Origin: Poseidonia sp.
GTDB taxonomy: Archaea > Thermoplasmatota > Poseidoniia > Poseidoniales > Poseidoniaceae
Assembly: GCA_038127845.1 (NCBI GenBank)
Contig: JAYPIL010000001.1
Span: 7,960 to 71,959, forward strand
Length of the DNA: 64,000 bases
Direction of reading: 5' to 3'
Within the stretch, counting starts at the first letter, position 1. Each line of letters starts with the position of its first letter. Of this stretch, positions 17,818 through 28,611 are shown piece after piece. The translations under genes and the position numbers were made by a program. The notes under the pieces are model-generated. The model searched no databases and had not been told where the DNA came from. It was given only the letters and a program-made list of their open reading frames with translations.

Positions 17818-20123
17818 CCGCCCGTGAGGGTCGCCCAAATCGTGTCCTTTCGCAAGGAATCAGCGGTGCAGATAGCGGCCATGTTCACGATGTGACGGAC
17901 ACCGTCTTGTCGGGCAACCAGTTGCACCGGATGAGCCATGCCCTCAAGAATTGGGCCGGTCATTTCAGCATCGCCCAACTCCTCGAGCAATTTGTAGGCG
18001 ATGTTGGCCGCAGCAAGGTTTGGCAGGATCAACACGTTGGCGGGTCCAACAAGTTCCATGAACGGGTATTCTTCCTGCACCGCTGGATTCAACGCTGTAT
18101 CGCTTTGCATGGGTCCGTCGATCATCAACGTCGGGTCCAATGTACGAGCGATTTGAACGGCGTCTTCAATCCGGTCGCTTCGTTGTTCTCGGGTCGAGCC
18201 AAAGTTGGAAAACGACAGCATCGCTACCCTCGGGACCACCCCAAAGCGACGGGCGACCTTTGCCGTTTGAACCGCAATCTCGGCCAACGTCCGACTGTCA
18301 GGATACACGTTCACCGTGGCATCGGCCAAGAAGATGGTCCGTCCCTTGACGTTCATCATGTAGCAACCGATCACGCAGTGCGCATCGTCGGCTTTGCCGA
18401 TCAGTTCCAAGGTGGGTCGCAACACGTCGGCATAATTTCGGCTCACACCACCAACAAAGCCGTCGGCGTCGCCCGCCTGAACCATTTGAGCGGCAAAGTA
18501 GGGTCGACTCTTCAACAGACGGGCGGCGTCCGGCCAGGTCGTTCCTTTGCGTTGACGGCGTTTGAAGAAGGCGTTTGCGTACACTGTTTTCCGACGCTCA
18601 TCATAGCGGGGATCGCAAGCTTCGTATGCAAAGTTGAGACCCAAGTCTTCCACCATTCGGTCGATGCGGTCCACGGGCCCCAGCAGAATGGGATGGCAAA
18701 TGTCCTGTTCAACCAGTTGGGCTGCCGCACGCAAAACGGGTTCTTTGTCACCTTCGGGGAAGACGATGCGTTTCCCTTTTCCTTTGACCTGATTGATGAC
18801 TTGCCGCATCGCGGAGTAGGACTCGCCCAAGCGCGCCTCCAATTCTTCTCGATACCGGTTAAGGTCAAACGCCTCTGCGGATACACCGGCCACGCCCTCT
18901 TCGATGGCGGCTTTGGCCACGGCTGCAGCCTCCCAAATCAGGACACGTCGGTCAAAGGGTTTGGGGATGATGTATTCGGGACCGTACTGCATCACAACGC
19001 CGTCATAGGCGGCTGAGATATAATCCGGAACAGGCTCCTTCGCAAGGGCAGCCAGCGCCCTGGTCGCTGCCATTTTCATGTTCTGCGTGATGTCACGAGC
19101 ACGTACGTCGAGGGCCCCTCGGAAGATGTAGGGAAAGCCCAGAACGTTGTTGACTTGATTCGCATAGTCCGAACGGCCCGTGGCGATGATGGCGTCGCTG
19201 CGGACCTGTAGCACTTCTTCGGGCAAAATTTCAGGCGTTGGGTTGGCCAACGCGAAGATGATCGGTTTCTCGGCCATGCTGGCGACCATCTCTTTGGTCA
19301 CCAAACCGCCTTTTGACAAGCCCAACATCACGTCGGCACCCTTGAGCGCATCGGCCAAGTCTCCTGGCTTGCGGTCTTGGGCGAAAGGGGCTTTGTATTC
19401 GTTCAGTTCACCGTTGTCAAGACGAGTCTTGGTCACAATGCCTTGGCTGTCAACGAGGGTGATGTTGGCCATCTTCACGCCGATGGCGACGTAGTGGTTC
19501 GCACACGCAATCGCTGAAGCACCGGCTCCAATGACGACCACCTTGACCTTGTCAAGCGGTTTTTCCTGAAGTTCTGCCGCATTGAGAAGGGCTGCGGCCG
19601 AGATGATGGCGGTGCCGTGTTGGTCGTCATGCATCACCGGGATATCCGTGGCTTCGGCGATACGACGTTCGATTTCGAAACACTCTGGCGCTTTGATGTC
19701 CTCGAGGTTGATGCCCCCGAAAGTTTTCGAGATGTTGACCACCGTGTTGATGAATTCCTCCGGGTCTTCCGTGTCCACTTCGATGTCAAACACATCGATG
19801 CCGGCGAAGGTCTTCAGCAACAGGCCCTTTCCCTCCATCACGGGTTTGCTGGCGAGCGCCCCGATGTTTCCGAGGCCCAACACCGCCGTTCCGTTGGAGA
19901 TCACGGCCACGAGGTTTCCCTTCGATGTGTAACGATACGCATCTTCCGGACGCGCCTCGATCTCAAGACACGGGTAAGCCACACCAGGAGAGTAGGCCAA
20001 ACTCAACTCGTGAGCGGTGGAATGAGGTTTTGTCGGGACGACTTTGATTTTTCCTTGGGGTTCGGCCTCGTGATATTCCAGCGCTTCTTTGCGAAGCAAG
20101 CGGTCTTTCTTCTTCATGCCCAT
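17799..20123 (-). CDS. maeB: NADP-dependent malic enzyme with PTA-like domain
   Basis: LSLAYSPGVA, KPVMEGK, NLEDI, HDDQHGTAI, TGRSDYANQVNN; C-terminal IVFPEG, DGPMQ. Confidence 0.96.
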   Translation of the reverse strand: MGMKKKDRLLRKEALEYHEAEPQGKIKVVPTKPHSTAHELSLAYSPGVAYPCLEIEARPEDAYRYTSKGNLVAVISNGTAVLGLGNIGALASKPVMEGKGLLLKTFAGIDVFDIEVDTEDPEEFINTVVNISKTFGGINLEDIKAPECFEIERRIAEATDIPVMHDDQHGTAIISAAALLNAAELQEKPLDKVKVVVIGAGASAIACANHYVAIGVKMANITLVDSQGIVTKTRLDNGELNEYKAPFAQDRKPGDLADALKGADVMLGLSKGGLVTKEMVASMAEKPIIFALANPTPEILPEEVLQVRSDAIIATGRSDYANQVNNVLGFPYIFRGALDVRARDITQNMKMAATRALAALAKEPVPDYISAAYDGVVMQYGPEYIIPKPFDRRVLIWEAAAVAKAAIEEGVAGVSAEAFDLNRYREELEARLGESYSAMRQVINQVKGKGKRIVFPEGDKEPVLRAAAQLVEQDICHPILLGPVDRIDRMVEDLGLNFAYEACDPRYDERRKTVYANAFFKRRQRKGTTWPDAARLLKSRPYFAAQMVQAGDADGFVGGVSRNYADVLRPTLELIGKADDAHCVIGCYMMNVKGRTIFLADATVNVYPDSRTLAEIAVQTAKVARRFGVVPRVAMLSFSNFGSTREQRSDRIEDAVQIARTLDPTLMIDGPMQSDTALNPAVQEEYPFMELVGPANVLILPNLAAANIAYKLLEELGDAEMTGPILEGMAHPVQLVARQDGVRHIVNMAAICTADSLRKDTIWATLTGGQDTSS

Positions 20124-20298
20124 GCAAATCCCAACACGAACGGCACAGGGGTAGTGTTTGAGTCTTGTGCGAGGTTGAAGCCGTGCTGGTGAACTTTCAG
20201 CAGGTCAGCAACGGGCGAACACGGCAAGGTAAAGCAACCGAGCATTGTACAGTCAGCGAAGGCTTCCTTTCAAATAAGTGGAAAATACACCGTTCACC

Positions 20299-23200
20299 AT
20301 GAAACAGGGCCGAATGTCCACCATCAAGGGTCAGCGTCATCGCGCCCTTTCCATGGTGGTGCTGATGGTCTTGATGTCCCTCGGCCCACTGCTCACCACG
20401 CCAACCGCCTCGGCCCATGCAGAGCCAAGCGGCGTTTCGTGGCCTCTTGAGGGCAGCAACGACACCGGCTGGATTCGCTTGGATGCCACCGGAGCAAACC
20501 CCTTGACCGGCCAACAAGCCACCGCTGACTGGAACCTCTCGTTTGCACCCGGTGCTGAACTTTCCAACGTCACGCTGGAGATTCGTGCGAGCGGTCAAGA
20601 CGGATTGACCATCGAAAATCCACACCTCACCGTGAACGGAATGGGGACGTCGTTGTTTGACTGGCGCGGCTTGGGCGTCCTCGGAGAGGAGAGCGGTTTT
20701 ACCTCCGGGGCCACCTACAGCGGTCGCTTGAACCCCAACAGCAATTCTGGCGCAGGTTGGGACCTCCCGTCGGACGCCGAAATCACCGAGATGATCATCG
20801 AAGTGCTTGCACCGGCCGACGCGTTGGTTTCGTTGAAGGCGGTTGAATTTGACGTCCGAGCCACCGCGGTTGATGTCAACAGCGGCTTGCTTTACATTGC
20901 CGTAAACGACCGCTTGCTGGTGCTGAACGCCAACAACGACCCCATCATCATCGACACCTACGAATTCACGTCACAGAACGGTGTTCTTGACCTCGTTGCT
21001 GACAGCACCAACAACGTCCTCCACATGCTCATGGGAGACGGTACTTTCCGCGCCCTTTCCCTCACCAACAGCAGCGCCGTAACGCCCCTCGGACCCGGTG
21101 ATGTTGACGTGTTTTACCGCACCAGCGGCGGGGCGGTCTTTGCTGCCAGCGGCCAAGGCGTCGTTGAATGGGTCAACGGAGCGTGGACCTCTCGCATTGG
21201 CGTGACCACGCTTGACCGTATCACGGAAGCCTATGCCATGGTGGAGGTCGGCGGCGTCCTCTACACCTCAATAGAAGACGTTGGTGTGCTTCGCTACGAC
21301 CTGAACAACAACCAACCGCTGTCCACGTGGAGCACCGCCAATTCCCTCCACTCCGACAATGTTCTTCACATGACGGTGTCAGGCAACCAGCTCCTTCTCG
21401 GCTCCGTTGACAACGGTGTGGGCCGTTATGACCACGCCGCTGGATTCTGGCTCTCAACCTGGACCTCGGCCAACTGGCTCAACAGCGATTCCATCGGTGG
21501 CGTGGAGCGCGTTGGAAGCATGCTTTACATCCTCAGCGGCGATGCCCTGCATTCGTACAACACCAGCAACGGTGTCTTTTCCACAACCTACGCTCTTGGC
21601 AGCCTCAACCTCGCAGGAAACGGAGCGTCCCTGACGGTGTGGGATGCCACGGGCGGAGCAGCCCCCGCAACACCTGCCTTGCTGGTGGATGATGCCAGCG
21701 GCACCCTTGCTCATCTTTCCCCGGGCCAAACGCCGCTTCTTGAAGCCAACATCGTGCTGGCGAGCGGTCCGTCGACCGAGGAGATGACCAGTCTTCTCGA
21801 ACTTGATGGCATCCTGTACATCGGTGGGGCCGATGGAACGAGCATCTCACGCTACGACATCAACAACGCCGTGTGGCTTACCCCATGGTCGGCCAACGGA
21901 GAAGATGTGGTTGAATTGGCCACCGACGGAACCGATCTCTTCGCAGCCCAACAACCCACGCCGGTGGTCATGCAGTTCAACACCGCCACCGGAAGCGCCA
22001 CCGCATGGGACGGAACCAACGGATGTTACCCCTCCAGCGCAACCATCAACTCCATGGTCAGCGACGGAAACCACTTGGCGCTCACCCTTGACAGCGGCAC
22101 CTTTGCTCTCTTTGACATGAGTACGGGAGCGTGCACCTCCTACGATACCACCAACGGACTGCCGACGTCCTTCCTTGGTGACGTGGTGTTCTTCGGTAGC
22201 ATGGCCTACATCGCCACCGAAAACCGAGGTGTCCTGCGTTACGACATCACCAACAACACCTGGCTTGAGCCGTGGGGTTCCACCGGCATCAACGGCGTTT
22301 CCAACGCACCCGTCGCCATTGTGGGCGACATGCTCTATCTTGGTTTGGAAGGCTACGGCGTCGCTCGAAAAGACTTGAGCACGGGTGAAATCCTTGCGCC
22401 GTTGACCGCCAGCAACCGAGGCGGCGTGTTGCCCTCGGACAGAATCTACGCCCTCGAGGCAGAAGGCTCCAACCTGTACATCGGCACCCAGCAGGGTGCA
22501 CGAAAGTGGGACGGAAACCAAGCCACCAGTTTTGGTCAGGGCTCAACTTGGCAAACACGACCTCAACAATTCTTTGATTTCGCCATCGACGGCGCATCGC
22601 TCTATGCCGGTACCAACATCGGATTGTGCAAGTACACGCTCTCGACGCTGGCCATGAACGATTGCCAGAACGTCTACGACGGCATGCCCAATTGGGCCAC
22701 CTTCAGCGTCGGTGTCGATAGCACCTATGTCTACGGTGGCACCAATTCAGGTGTCGGCCTCATCACGAAATCCAACTTCCAGCACGACGAGAATTGGGGC
22801 GAAGGAACCCAAACCGGAAACGCCGTGGTGGAGATCATGGGCGACATCGCTTACATCGGCACCGAAGGTTTGGGCGTGCTGCGCTATAACATCACCTCCA
22901 ACCAGTGGCTGACACCGTTCACCGAAGACAACGGCGTCCTCGACGGTGGCAACGACGACGTCACCGGCCTTGCCGCTGACATCCGTCCAAACATGATTTG
23001 GGTTGGCGGCAGTGATGGATTCCAACTCATCAACGTCACCAACGGTGCAGAAGTCTACGACATCGAACGCACCAGCAGCCAGTACACGGCCGACGGTGAC
23101 CCCTACGGCATGATCATTCACAACAACATCATGTATTACCACTCGGGCACCGCCAGCGATGAAGTGAGTCGATTGAATGTCACGAATGCTGCAACGCTTT

Positions 23201-26200
23201 CCAACCTCGACATCGGCGCCCAGGTGGGAGAAAACGGCGGTGACATCGTCAGCATGGAATTGTCCGGTGACACACTCATGGTGAGCGTCGTCTCCGGACA
23301 GTGGTGGAACGCCGACGGTTCGGGCGGTATTGCACGGTGGAACACCACCACCTCAAGTTTTGAAACCAACATCTTGCCCACCGGCTCCATCGACCGTGTA
23401 ACTGCGTACGAGTCTTCGAATGGAAACACGTGGATTGCTTGGGGCGAGTTGAAACTTGACCTCTACGACAGTTCCCAAACGCTGGTGAATTCGTGGACCA
23501 ACTTTGACTTCCCCATTCGGGGCATCGTTGAGCACAACGGTGAAACCCTGTTCGCCACAGAAGACGGTGTTGCACGGTACAACGAGAACACCAACACCTG
23601 GAACACCACTTGGGAGGCCGGGAACGGGCTACCAAACAACGCTGGTGACCGATTTTACGAATTGTGGACGGACGGCACGCACTTGGTCGTCGGAGGTGCT
23701 GATATCGGGAATTTCGGTCAGTTTCGAGAAGGAATCATCTCGCACCGCAACGGTGCAGGTGCATGGACGTCTTACCCGGCAGACTCCTACAGCAACATCC
23801 CCGACGGCTACCCTATTTCCATGGAGATGTGCGGCGGTATGCTCAACATTGCCATGTACAACGGCAACGGCGGCATTGCTCGGATTGACCTGCAAAACGC
23901 CACGGTGAACGCAGGCTTTGACCGCAGTCAACTCGACGGATTCGGGCCTGCGTCGGTCACCTGCGATAATCAAAACACCCTCTACATCGGCTACTACAAC
24001 GACAACCAGCCGATTAGCCGCTACAGTTACGCCACCTCGGCCTTCATTTCCAGCTTGACCACCGCCAGCCACAACCTCCCCAGCGACCGTGTGTGGTACG
24101 ATGCGCTCTCGCATTCCGGCACCCAACTCATCGTCGGTCACGCCGTCGGAAACACGGGTTCGAACCTCATCGCAGGTGGGTACTCGACCTTGGTGGCCAG
24201 TGGCGCGACCGCTTTGCAAGCACAAATCCAGGGTGCAGGTTCTCCCGTAACTTCCCTGCAGTGGCTCAGTGGCTCGTCCGAGTGGCTCATCGGCCGTGCC
24301 GGTGGATCATCTGGCTACAGCGAAGTCGCGACCCTTTCGTCCGCAGGACGTCAAACGGTCGTGGACCTCCCGGGCCTCGTCAGCGGCCAAGTACCAACGA
24401 TGGTGGCCAACGCCACGCACCTTTGGGCTTCGACCGGAACGTCCGCCACCTCAGGAAACTTTGGTGGTAGCGGAACCGGCTTGCTCCAAGGCACCTTTTT
24501 GCCAAACGGAACGGTGGATTGGGAATTTGGATGGACCCTGCCCGGTAACACCGTTGCAAGCGGCCTCCACCTCCACGGAACCGATCTGTACATCGCTTCC
24601 TCTCCGGGCGGCATGCTCAAACTCGACACGCTCACCAGAACCATCACCAACATCGGTGGGTCTCTTCACACGAAGATGGACACGATGCACGTCTACAACG
24701 GCGAGCTCGTCATCGGATTGGCGGGCGCAGGAGGGAGTCCACCCGGCGTTCAACTGTTTGACCCAACCACCGACCAATTTGGGAACGGTCGATTGATTGC
24801 GGGTCTGCCCTCCAACATCGTCAACGGCTTTGCAGACACCAGCGCCATTCTCTACATCGCCACCAACGGCGGTATCGGGCGTTGGAACTACACCAGCAAC
24901 GGCTGGATGGACTCCATCACGGTCGGCAACGGTCTGCCCAGCGATGTCGTCGAAGACGTGGTCGCTGTTGGCAACGACATCTACATGGCCACGCCAGCAG
25001 GTGTGTTTGTTTGGGATGCCAGCACCAACACGGGTCGAACGATGACAACCGCCAACGGCCTCATGGGTCAATCCTCGTGGGGACTGGTCAAAGTGACATC
25101 GGCGACAGGCAGTGTTTCGGTCCTCGTCAGTCACGACGGTCGTGGCTCAGAGCGCCCCGGTGTGAGCATCATCGACGCAAGCAGCCAGCAAGTCACCTCA
25201 ACACATCGCTTTGACCAATTGCCTTCGAACACCGTGACGGCATTGGCCGCAGACTTCTGGGGCCTCCACATCGCCACGGATGTCGGCCCCCTCACGCACT
25301 GGAACGCCACCAGCGGAGATTTTGAAGACGGAACGGGTTCCTTCCAACTGCAATACCCTGTTCGCCGACTCGTGAGTGACGGGGATGAAGTGCTCGCTGT
25401 GGGTTCGCAAAACACCGTGATGCTCGTTGAAGCCCGAACCAACACCCACGCCAGCAAAGCCTTCCTCACCGCCATGGGCGTTGAAAGCGGGACACTGGGC
25501 AACAACCACATTTGGGCCATCGCCGACGAAGGCCTCCGAGGGTGGGCCAACAACGGCCAATACACGCCTGTTGAAGACACAACGATGCGTCGAGCACTTC
25601 CCTTGACCCTTCGCGCCCTGAACAACGGTGGTGGCATGAACGTGACCGACATGGTGCATCCTGGGATGCCCATTGAACTCATCAACCCGTCCGCCTCCTT
25701 TACACTCGACGCCAGCCAGGGAACGCAAGGCGTTCACAACCTGCTGTTCCAAAACGTGCCAATCGTGATGACGTCGCCGGTCAGCGGTGCTGCCGTTTGG
25801 GCAAAATCCGTTTCGCTCAAGTACGACGTAACCCTTGACATCAGCAACGATGCAGCGCTCGCTCTGAATCTTCAAGATGCGGTTGACAACGGCCAATTGT
25901 TCAACAACACCCGCCATGTGTCCCTCCGACTGTACTCGCCTTCCAACGGCTCGCTGGAAGCAAGGCTGACCTACGACTACGTCCGTTCCGACACACCCGT
26001 CGCCATGGAAGGCCTCGTCGACCGCCCGGATGACGGTGGCGGCGTCTTGACGGCTTCGTGGTCGTTGGTTCACGACGAGGACTTCGCACGCTACCTCGTG
26101 TTCGTCAACGAAGGACCATGGGCAGGTGTTCCTGACGAATTGATGCTTCTCGGCCAGACGCCCGATAAAACCGTCTCCCTCCACAGCCGATTGTCAACAG

Positions 26201-28602
26201 ACATCGAAACCGCCAACGGTCAGCCACTGAAAGACGGTACGGACTACCATGCCGTTGTGGTGGTCGAATACAATGACGGACGCTGGGGTGATGTGTCGGC
26301 TCCCTTGGGCCCTGCATCGCCGAGCGATGAGGTCCCCGGCGCACCGGAATGGGCGTTAGCCCAAGCCATGGGAGCCAGCGGCGAAGATGGCGATGTTCAA
26401 CTCGAATGGGCCCGTTGCACAGCCCTTGACCTCGCCAAGACACACATCTATGTGGCGACCACGCCGATGACCGATGCTTTGGGCCGAACGCCGTCAGCGG
26501 CGGTGCTGCCCAACGAAGGCAACCAATCCATGATATCGCTCACACCCGGCATACCCGTTTGGATTGGTCTAACCTGTGTTGACGAGGCAGGCCAAGAGAA
26601 CCTCTCCGACCTCACGGTTGTTGGCCCCATCGTGCCAACAGGAGATATCGATGACAACGACGCTCCAGACCCCGTTGAGGGGACCGAAGCGAGCGATGTT
26701 CCCGACGATGAAGGTGGGCGAATCGTGGTTCAGTGGAACCAAAGCGAAGCCGACGACTGTGCGTTCTACACGGTCTTCATGAAACAGAGCGACGACCTCA
26801 TTGTGGACGGTGCACAACGGGGAAGCGTCGATGGTTTCTCCCAAGCCGCCATCGTCAATCCTTGCGACGAAACCAACGTCATTCTCTCCTCGCTCGACGG
26901 TGTTCCGCTGATCGACGGTCAAGCATACACCATCGGCGTCGTTGCGTACGATGTTTGGCTGAACGGAAACACGGACGATGTCCTGCTGGTCACGGCCACA
27001 CCGTTCCAGAACACCATGGGGCAAGGGACCACACCGCCCCGAATCACCACATTGCTCGCCTTTGACCACGCCGAGGATGACGGCACGGCCATCGACGTCG
27101 TCTGGGAGCCTTCGACGGTTGAGGACTTCGCCTCCTACACCGTTTGGGTCGCCAGCGCTCCGGTGACCGACCTGTCCTTTGCCTACGCTGTCTTCGGCAC
27201 CAACCCGGATGCCTGCGGGTGTTTCACCTTCAACAAGCAATGGATTGACGAGCGAACAAATCCCATTGAACTCACCCTCTCCAACGCCCTCTATGTCCCT
27301 GAGGGAGGAGCCCTCGCCGACGGCGTGCCCGACCTGATTCGACCCGATGTTGAACTCTTTGTCGCCGTGACCGTTCACGACCTCAAAGGCAACGTGTACC
27401 TGACCAATTTGACCCAGGCAACGGTTACACCCATCGACAATCTCAACGACAACACACCTCCCGACCGCTTGACCGACCTGTCGCTTACGGACCGGCCCAA
27501 CGACGACGGAAGCGCACTGCTGCTCGACTTTGCGCTCTCCGAGGCCCCCGATATCGCCGCCTACGAAGTGTACGCCACCACCTTCAGTTTCACCAGCGTC
27601 AAACAGGGTGCTCAGACGGGACAAAACCCCGACATTGTTCCCGTGGCAACATTGGGCCGAAACCCTGTTCTCCCACTGACCATCGACCTCGTCTCGGGCG
27701 ATATTCCGGTGATTGCAGGTCAGGAAATTTGGGTGGCTGTGGTCGCCCGAGACTCCTCCGGTAACGCTCACGAAACCATGCTCACGGTGGTTTCGGGTAC
27801 CAGCACCGACGAAGGCATCACAGACCCTGGCGTCTACCTCCCCGATATCGCTGACGTCACGGCTTCGTGGTTCGAAGAGGTCAGCATTTTCGTGGAGTGG
27901 CAGCACTCGACCGATGCCAAGGTCAAGGGCTATCACATCTACATCTCGGACGAAATGTTTGCTTCCACGGATGAAGCCACCATGGTCGGGGAAACGGTAT
28001 CGTCCAACACCTTCGTGATCGACACGTCGTTGTATGGTGAACTGAACAATCAATCCACCTGGTACATCGGCGTGGTGCCTTACGACGAATCGGTGGCGAA
28101 AATCACGGTTGAAGCCATCAAACTTGGTGCCCTGGACAACGACGGGCAAGACGCACAGCAAGGGGACGACGGCGGACAACTTTCGCTCGAGGCCTTGCTG
28201 ACGGGACCCAACTTGATTGCGGCCGGCATGGTGCTGGTCATCCTGCTGTTGCTGGTCATCATCGTGCGGTCACGAAGCACGTCTTCGCAGCGTGCCAAGA
28301 ATTGGGAACTGCAAGAGGCAACGTGGGGCATTCAAGACAACGGTTGGGGGGCAAGTTCACCGGTGGCCCCGCCGACCAACGCCCCTGCTCCACCTCCAGG
28401 TATCACGGCCCAACAAGCCAACGACATCTATGCCGCTGCCGAACAAATCCAAACCAATACCATTGGACGCACCGCCTATCAGCCTCAACAGCCCGTGCTA
28501 AAGCCGCAGGTCGACACGGCACTCTTGGATGGATTGCTTGATGAACCGGCGGAACCAAAGATGCCCCAAATTGACACGTCGTTCCTCGATGACCTCCTGT
28601 GA
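20299..28602 (+). CDS. giant membrane-anchored surface protein (beta-propeller repeats + FN3/Ig-like repeats)
   Basis: About 2770-aa ORF; signal peptide, repeated GLPS.. / G..RYD...N.W blades, D.P.D.G repeats, C-terminal TM and Pro/Gln-rich tail. Confidence 0.85.
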   Translation: MKQGRMSTIKGQRHRALSMVVLMVLMSLGPLLTTPTASAHAEPSGVSWPLEGSNDTGWIRLDATGANPLTGQQATADWNLSFAPGAELSNVTLEIRASGQDGLTIENPHLTVNGMGTSLFDWRGLGVLGEESGFTSGATYSGRLNPNSNSGAGWDLPSDAEITEMIIEVLAPADALVSLKAVEFDVRATAVDVNSGLLYIAVNDRLLVLNANNDPIIIDTYEFTSQNGVLDLVADSTNNVLHMLMGDGTFRALSLTNSSAVTPLGPGDVDVFYRTSGGAVFAASGQGVVEWVNGAWTSRIGVTTLDRITEAYAMVEVGGVLYTSIEDVGVLRYDLNNNQPLSTWSTANSLHSDNVLHMTVSGNQLLLGSVDNGVGRYDHAAGFWLSTWTSANWLNSDSIGGVERVGSMLYILSGDALHSYNTSNGVFSTTYALGSLNLAGNGASLTVWDATGGAAPATPALLVDDASGTLAHLSPGQTPLLEANIVLASGPSTEEMTSLLELDGILYIGGADGTSISRYDINNAVWLTPWSANGEDVVELATDGTDLFAAQQPTPVVMQFNTATGSATAWDGTNGCYPSSATINSMVSDGNHLALTLDSGTFALFDMSTGACTSYDTTNGLPTSFLGDVVFFGSMAYIATENRGVLRYDITNNTWLEPWGSTGINGVSNAPVAIVGDMLYLGLEGYGVARKDLSTGEILAPLTASNRGGVLPSDRIYALEAEGSNLYIGTQQGARKWDGNQATSFGQGSTWQTRPQQFFDFAIDGASLYAGTNIGLCKYTLSTLAMNDCQNVYDGMPNWATFSVGVDSTYVYGGTNSGVGLITKSNFQHDENWGEGTQTGNAVVEIMGDIAYIGTEGLGVLRYNITSNQWLTPFTEDNGVLDGGNDDVTGLAADIRPNMIWVGGSDGFQLINVTNGAEVYDIERTSSQYTADGDPYGMIIHNNIMYYHSGTASDEVSRLNVTNAATLSNLDIGAQVGENGGDIVSMELSGDTLMVSVVSGQWWNADGSGGIARWNTTTSSFETNILPTGSIDRVTAYESSNGNTWIAWGELKLDLYDSSQTLVNSWTNFDFPIRGIVEHNGETLFATEDGVARYNENTNTWNTTWEAGNGLPNNAGDRFYELWTDGTHLVVGGADIGNFGQFREGIISHRNGAGAWTSYPADSYSNIPDGYPISMEMCGGMLNIAMYNGNGGIARIDLQNATVNAGFDRSQLDGFGPASVTCDNQNTLYIGYYNDNQPISRYSYATSAFISSLTTASHNLPSDRVWYDALSHSGTQLIVGHAVGNTGSNLIAGGYSTLVASGATALQAQIQGAGSPVTSLQWLSGSSEWLIGRAGGSSGYSEVATLSSAGRQTVVDLPGLVSGQVPTMVANATHLWASTGTSATSGNFGGSGTGLLQGTFLPNGTVDWEFGWTLPGNTVASGLHLHGTDLYIASSPGGMLKLDTLTRTITNIGGSLHTKMDTMHVYNGELVIGLAGAGGSPPGVQLFDPTTDQFGNGRLIAGLPSNIVNGFADTSAILYIATNGGIGRWNYTSNGWMDSITVGNGLPSDVVEDVVAVGNDIYMATPAGVFVWDASTNTGRTMTTANGLMGQSSWGLVKVTSATGSVSVLVSHDGRGSERPGVSIIDASSQQVTSTHRFDQLPSNTVTALAADFWGLHIATDVGPLTHWNATSGDFEDGTGSFQLQYPVRRLVSDGDEVLAVGSQNTVMLVEARTNTHASKAFLTAMGVESGTLGNNHIWAIADEGLRGWANNGQYTPVEDTTMRRALPLTLRALNNGGGMNVTDMVHPGMPIELINPSASFTLDASQGTQGVHNLLFQNVPIVMTSPVSGAAVWAKSVSLKYDVTLDISNDAALALNLQDAVDNGQLFNNTRHVSLRLYSPSNGSLEARLTYDYVRSDTPVAMEGLVDRPDDGGGVLTASWSLVHDEDFARYLVFVNEGPWAGVPDELMLLGQTPDKTVSLHSRLSTDIETANGQPLKDGTDYHAVVVVEYNDGRWGDVSAPLGPASPSDEVPGAPEWALAQAMGASGEDGDVQLEWARCTALDLAKTHIYVATTPMTDALGRTPSAAVLPNEGNQSMISLTPGIPVWIGLTCVDEAGQENLSDLTVVGPIVPTGDIDDNDAPDPVEGTEASDVPDDEGGRIVVQWNQSEADDCAFYTVFMKQSDDLIVDGAQRGSVDGFSQAAIVNPCDETNVILSSLDGVPLIDGQAYTIGVVAYDVWLNGNTDDVLLVTATPFQNTMGQGTTPPRITTLLAFDHAEDDGTAIDVVWEPSTVEDFASYTVWVASAPVTDLSFAYAVFGTNPDACGCFTFNKQWIDERTNPIELTLSNALYVPEGGALADGVPDLIRPDVELFVAVTVHDLKGNVYLTNLTQATVTPIDNLNDNTPPDRLTDLSLTDRPNDDGSALLLDFALSEAPDIAAYEVYATTFSFTSVKQGAQTGQNPDIVPVATLGRNPVLPLTIDLVSGDIPVIAGQEIWVAVVARDSSGNAHETMLTVVSGTSTDEGITDPGVYLPDIADVTASWFEEVSIFVEWQHSTDAKVKGYHIYISDEMFASTDEATMVGETVSSNTFVIDTSLYGELNNQSTWYIGVVPYDESVAKITVEAIKLGALDNDGQDAQQGDDGGQLSLEALLTGPNLIAAGMVLVILLLLVIIVRSRSTSSQRAKNWELQEATWGIQDNGWGASSPVAPPTNAPAPPPGITAQQANDIYAAAEQIQTNTIGRTAYQPQQPVLKPQVDTALLDGLLDEPAEPKMPQIDTSFLDDLL

Positions 28603-28611
28603 GGGGCCGCC

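Noticed and set aside
26569..28179. 536-aa minus-strand ORF (also 25198-26184, 17892-19016, 47735-48919 and similar)
   Set aside because: Antisense shadows of well-supported genes; expected where stop codons are scarce in a GC-rich, TA-poor sequence
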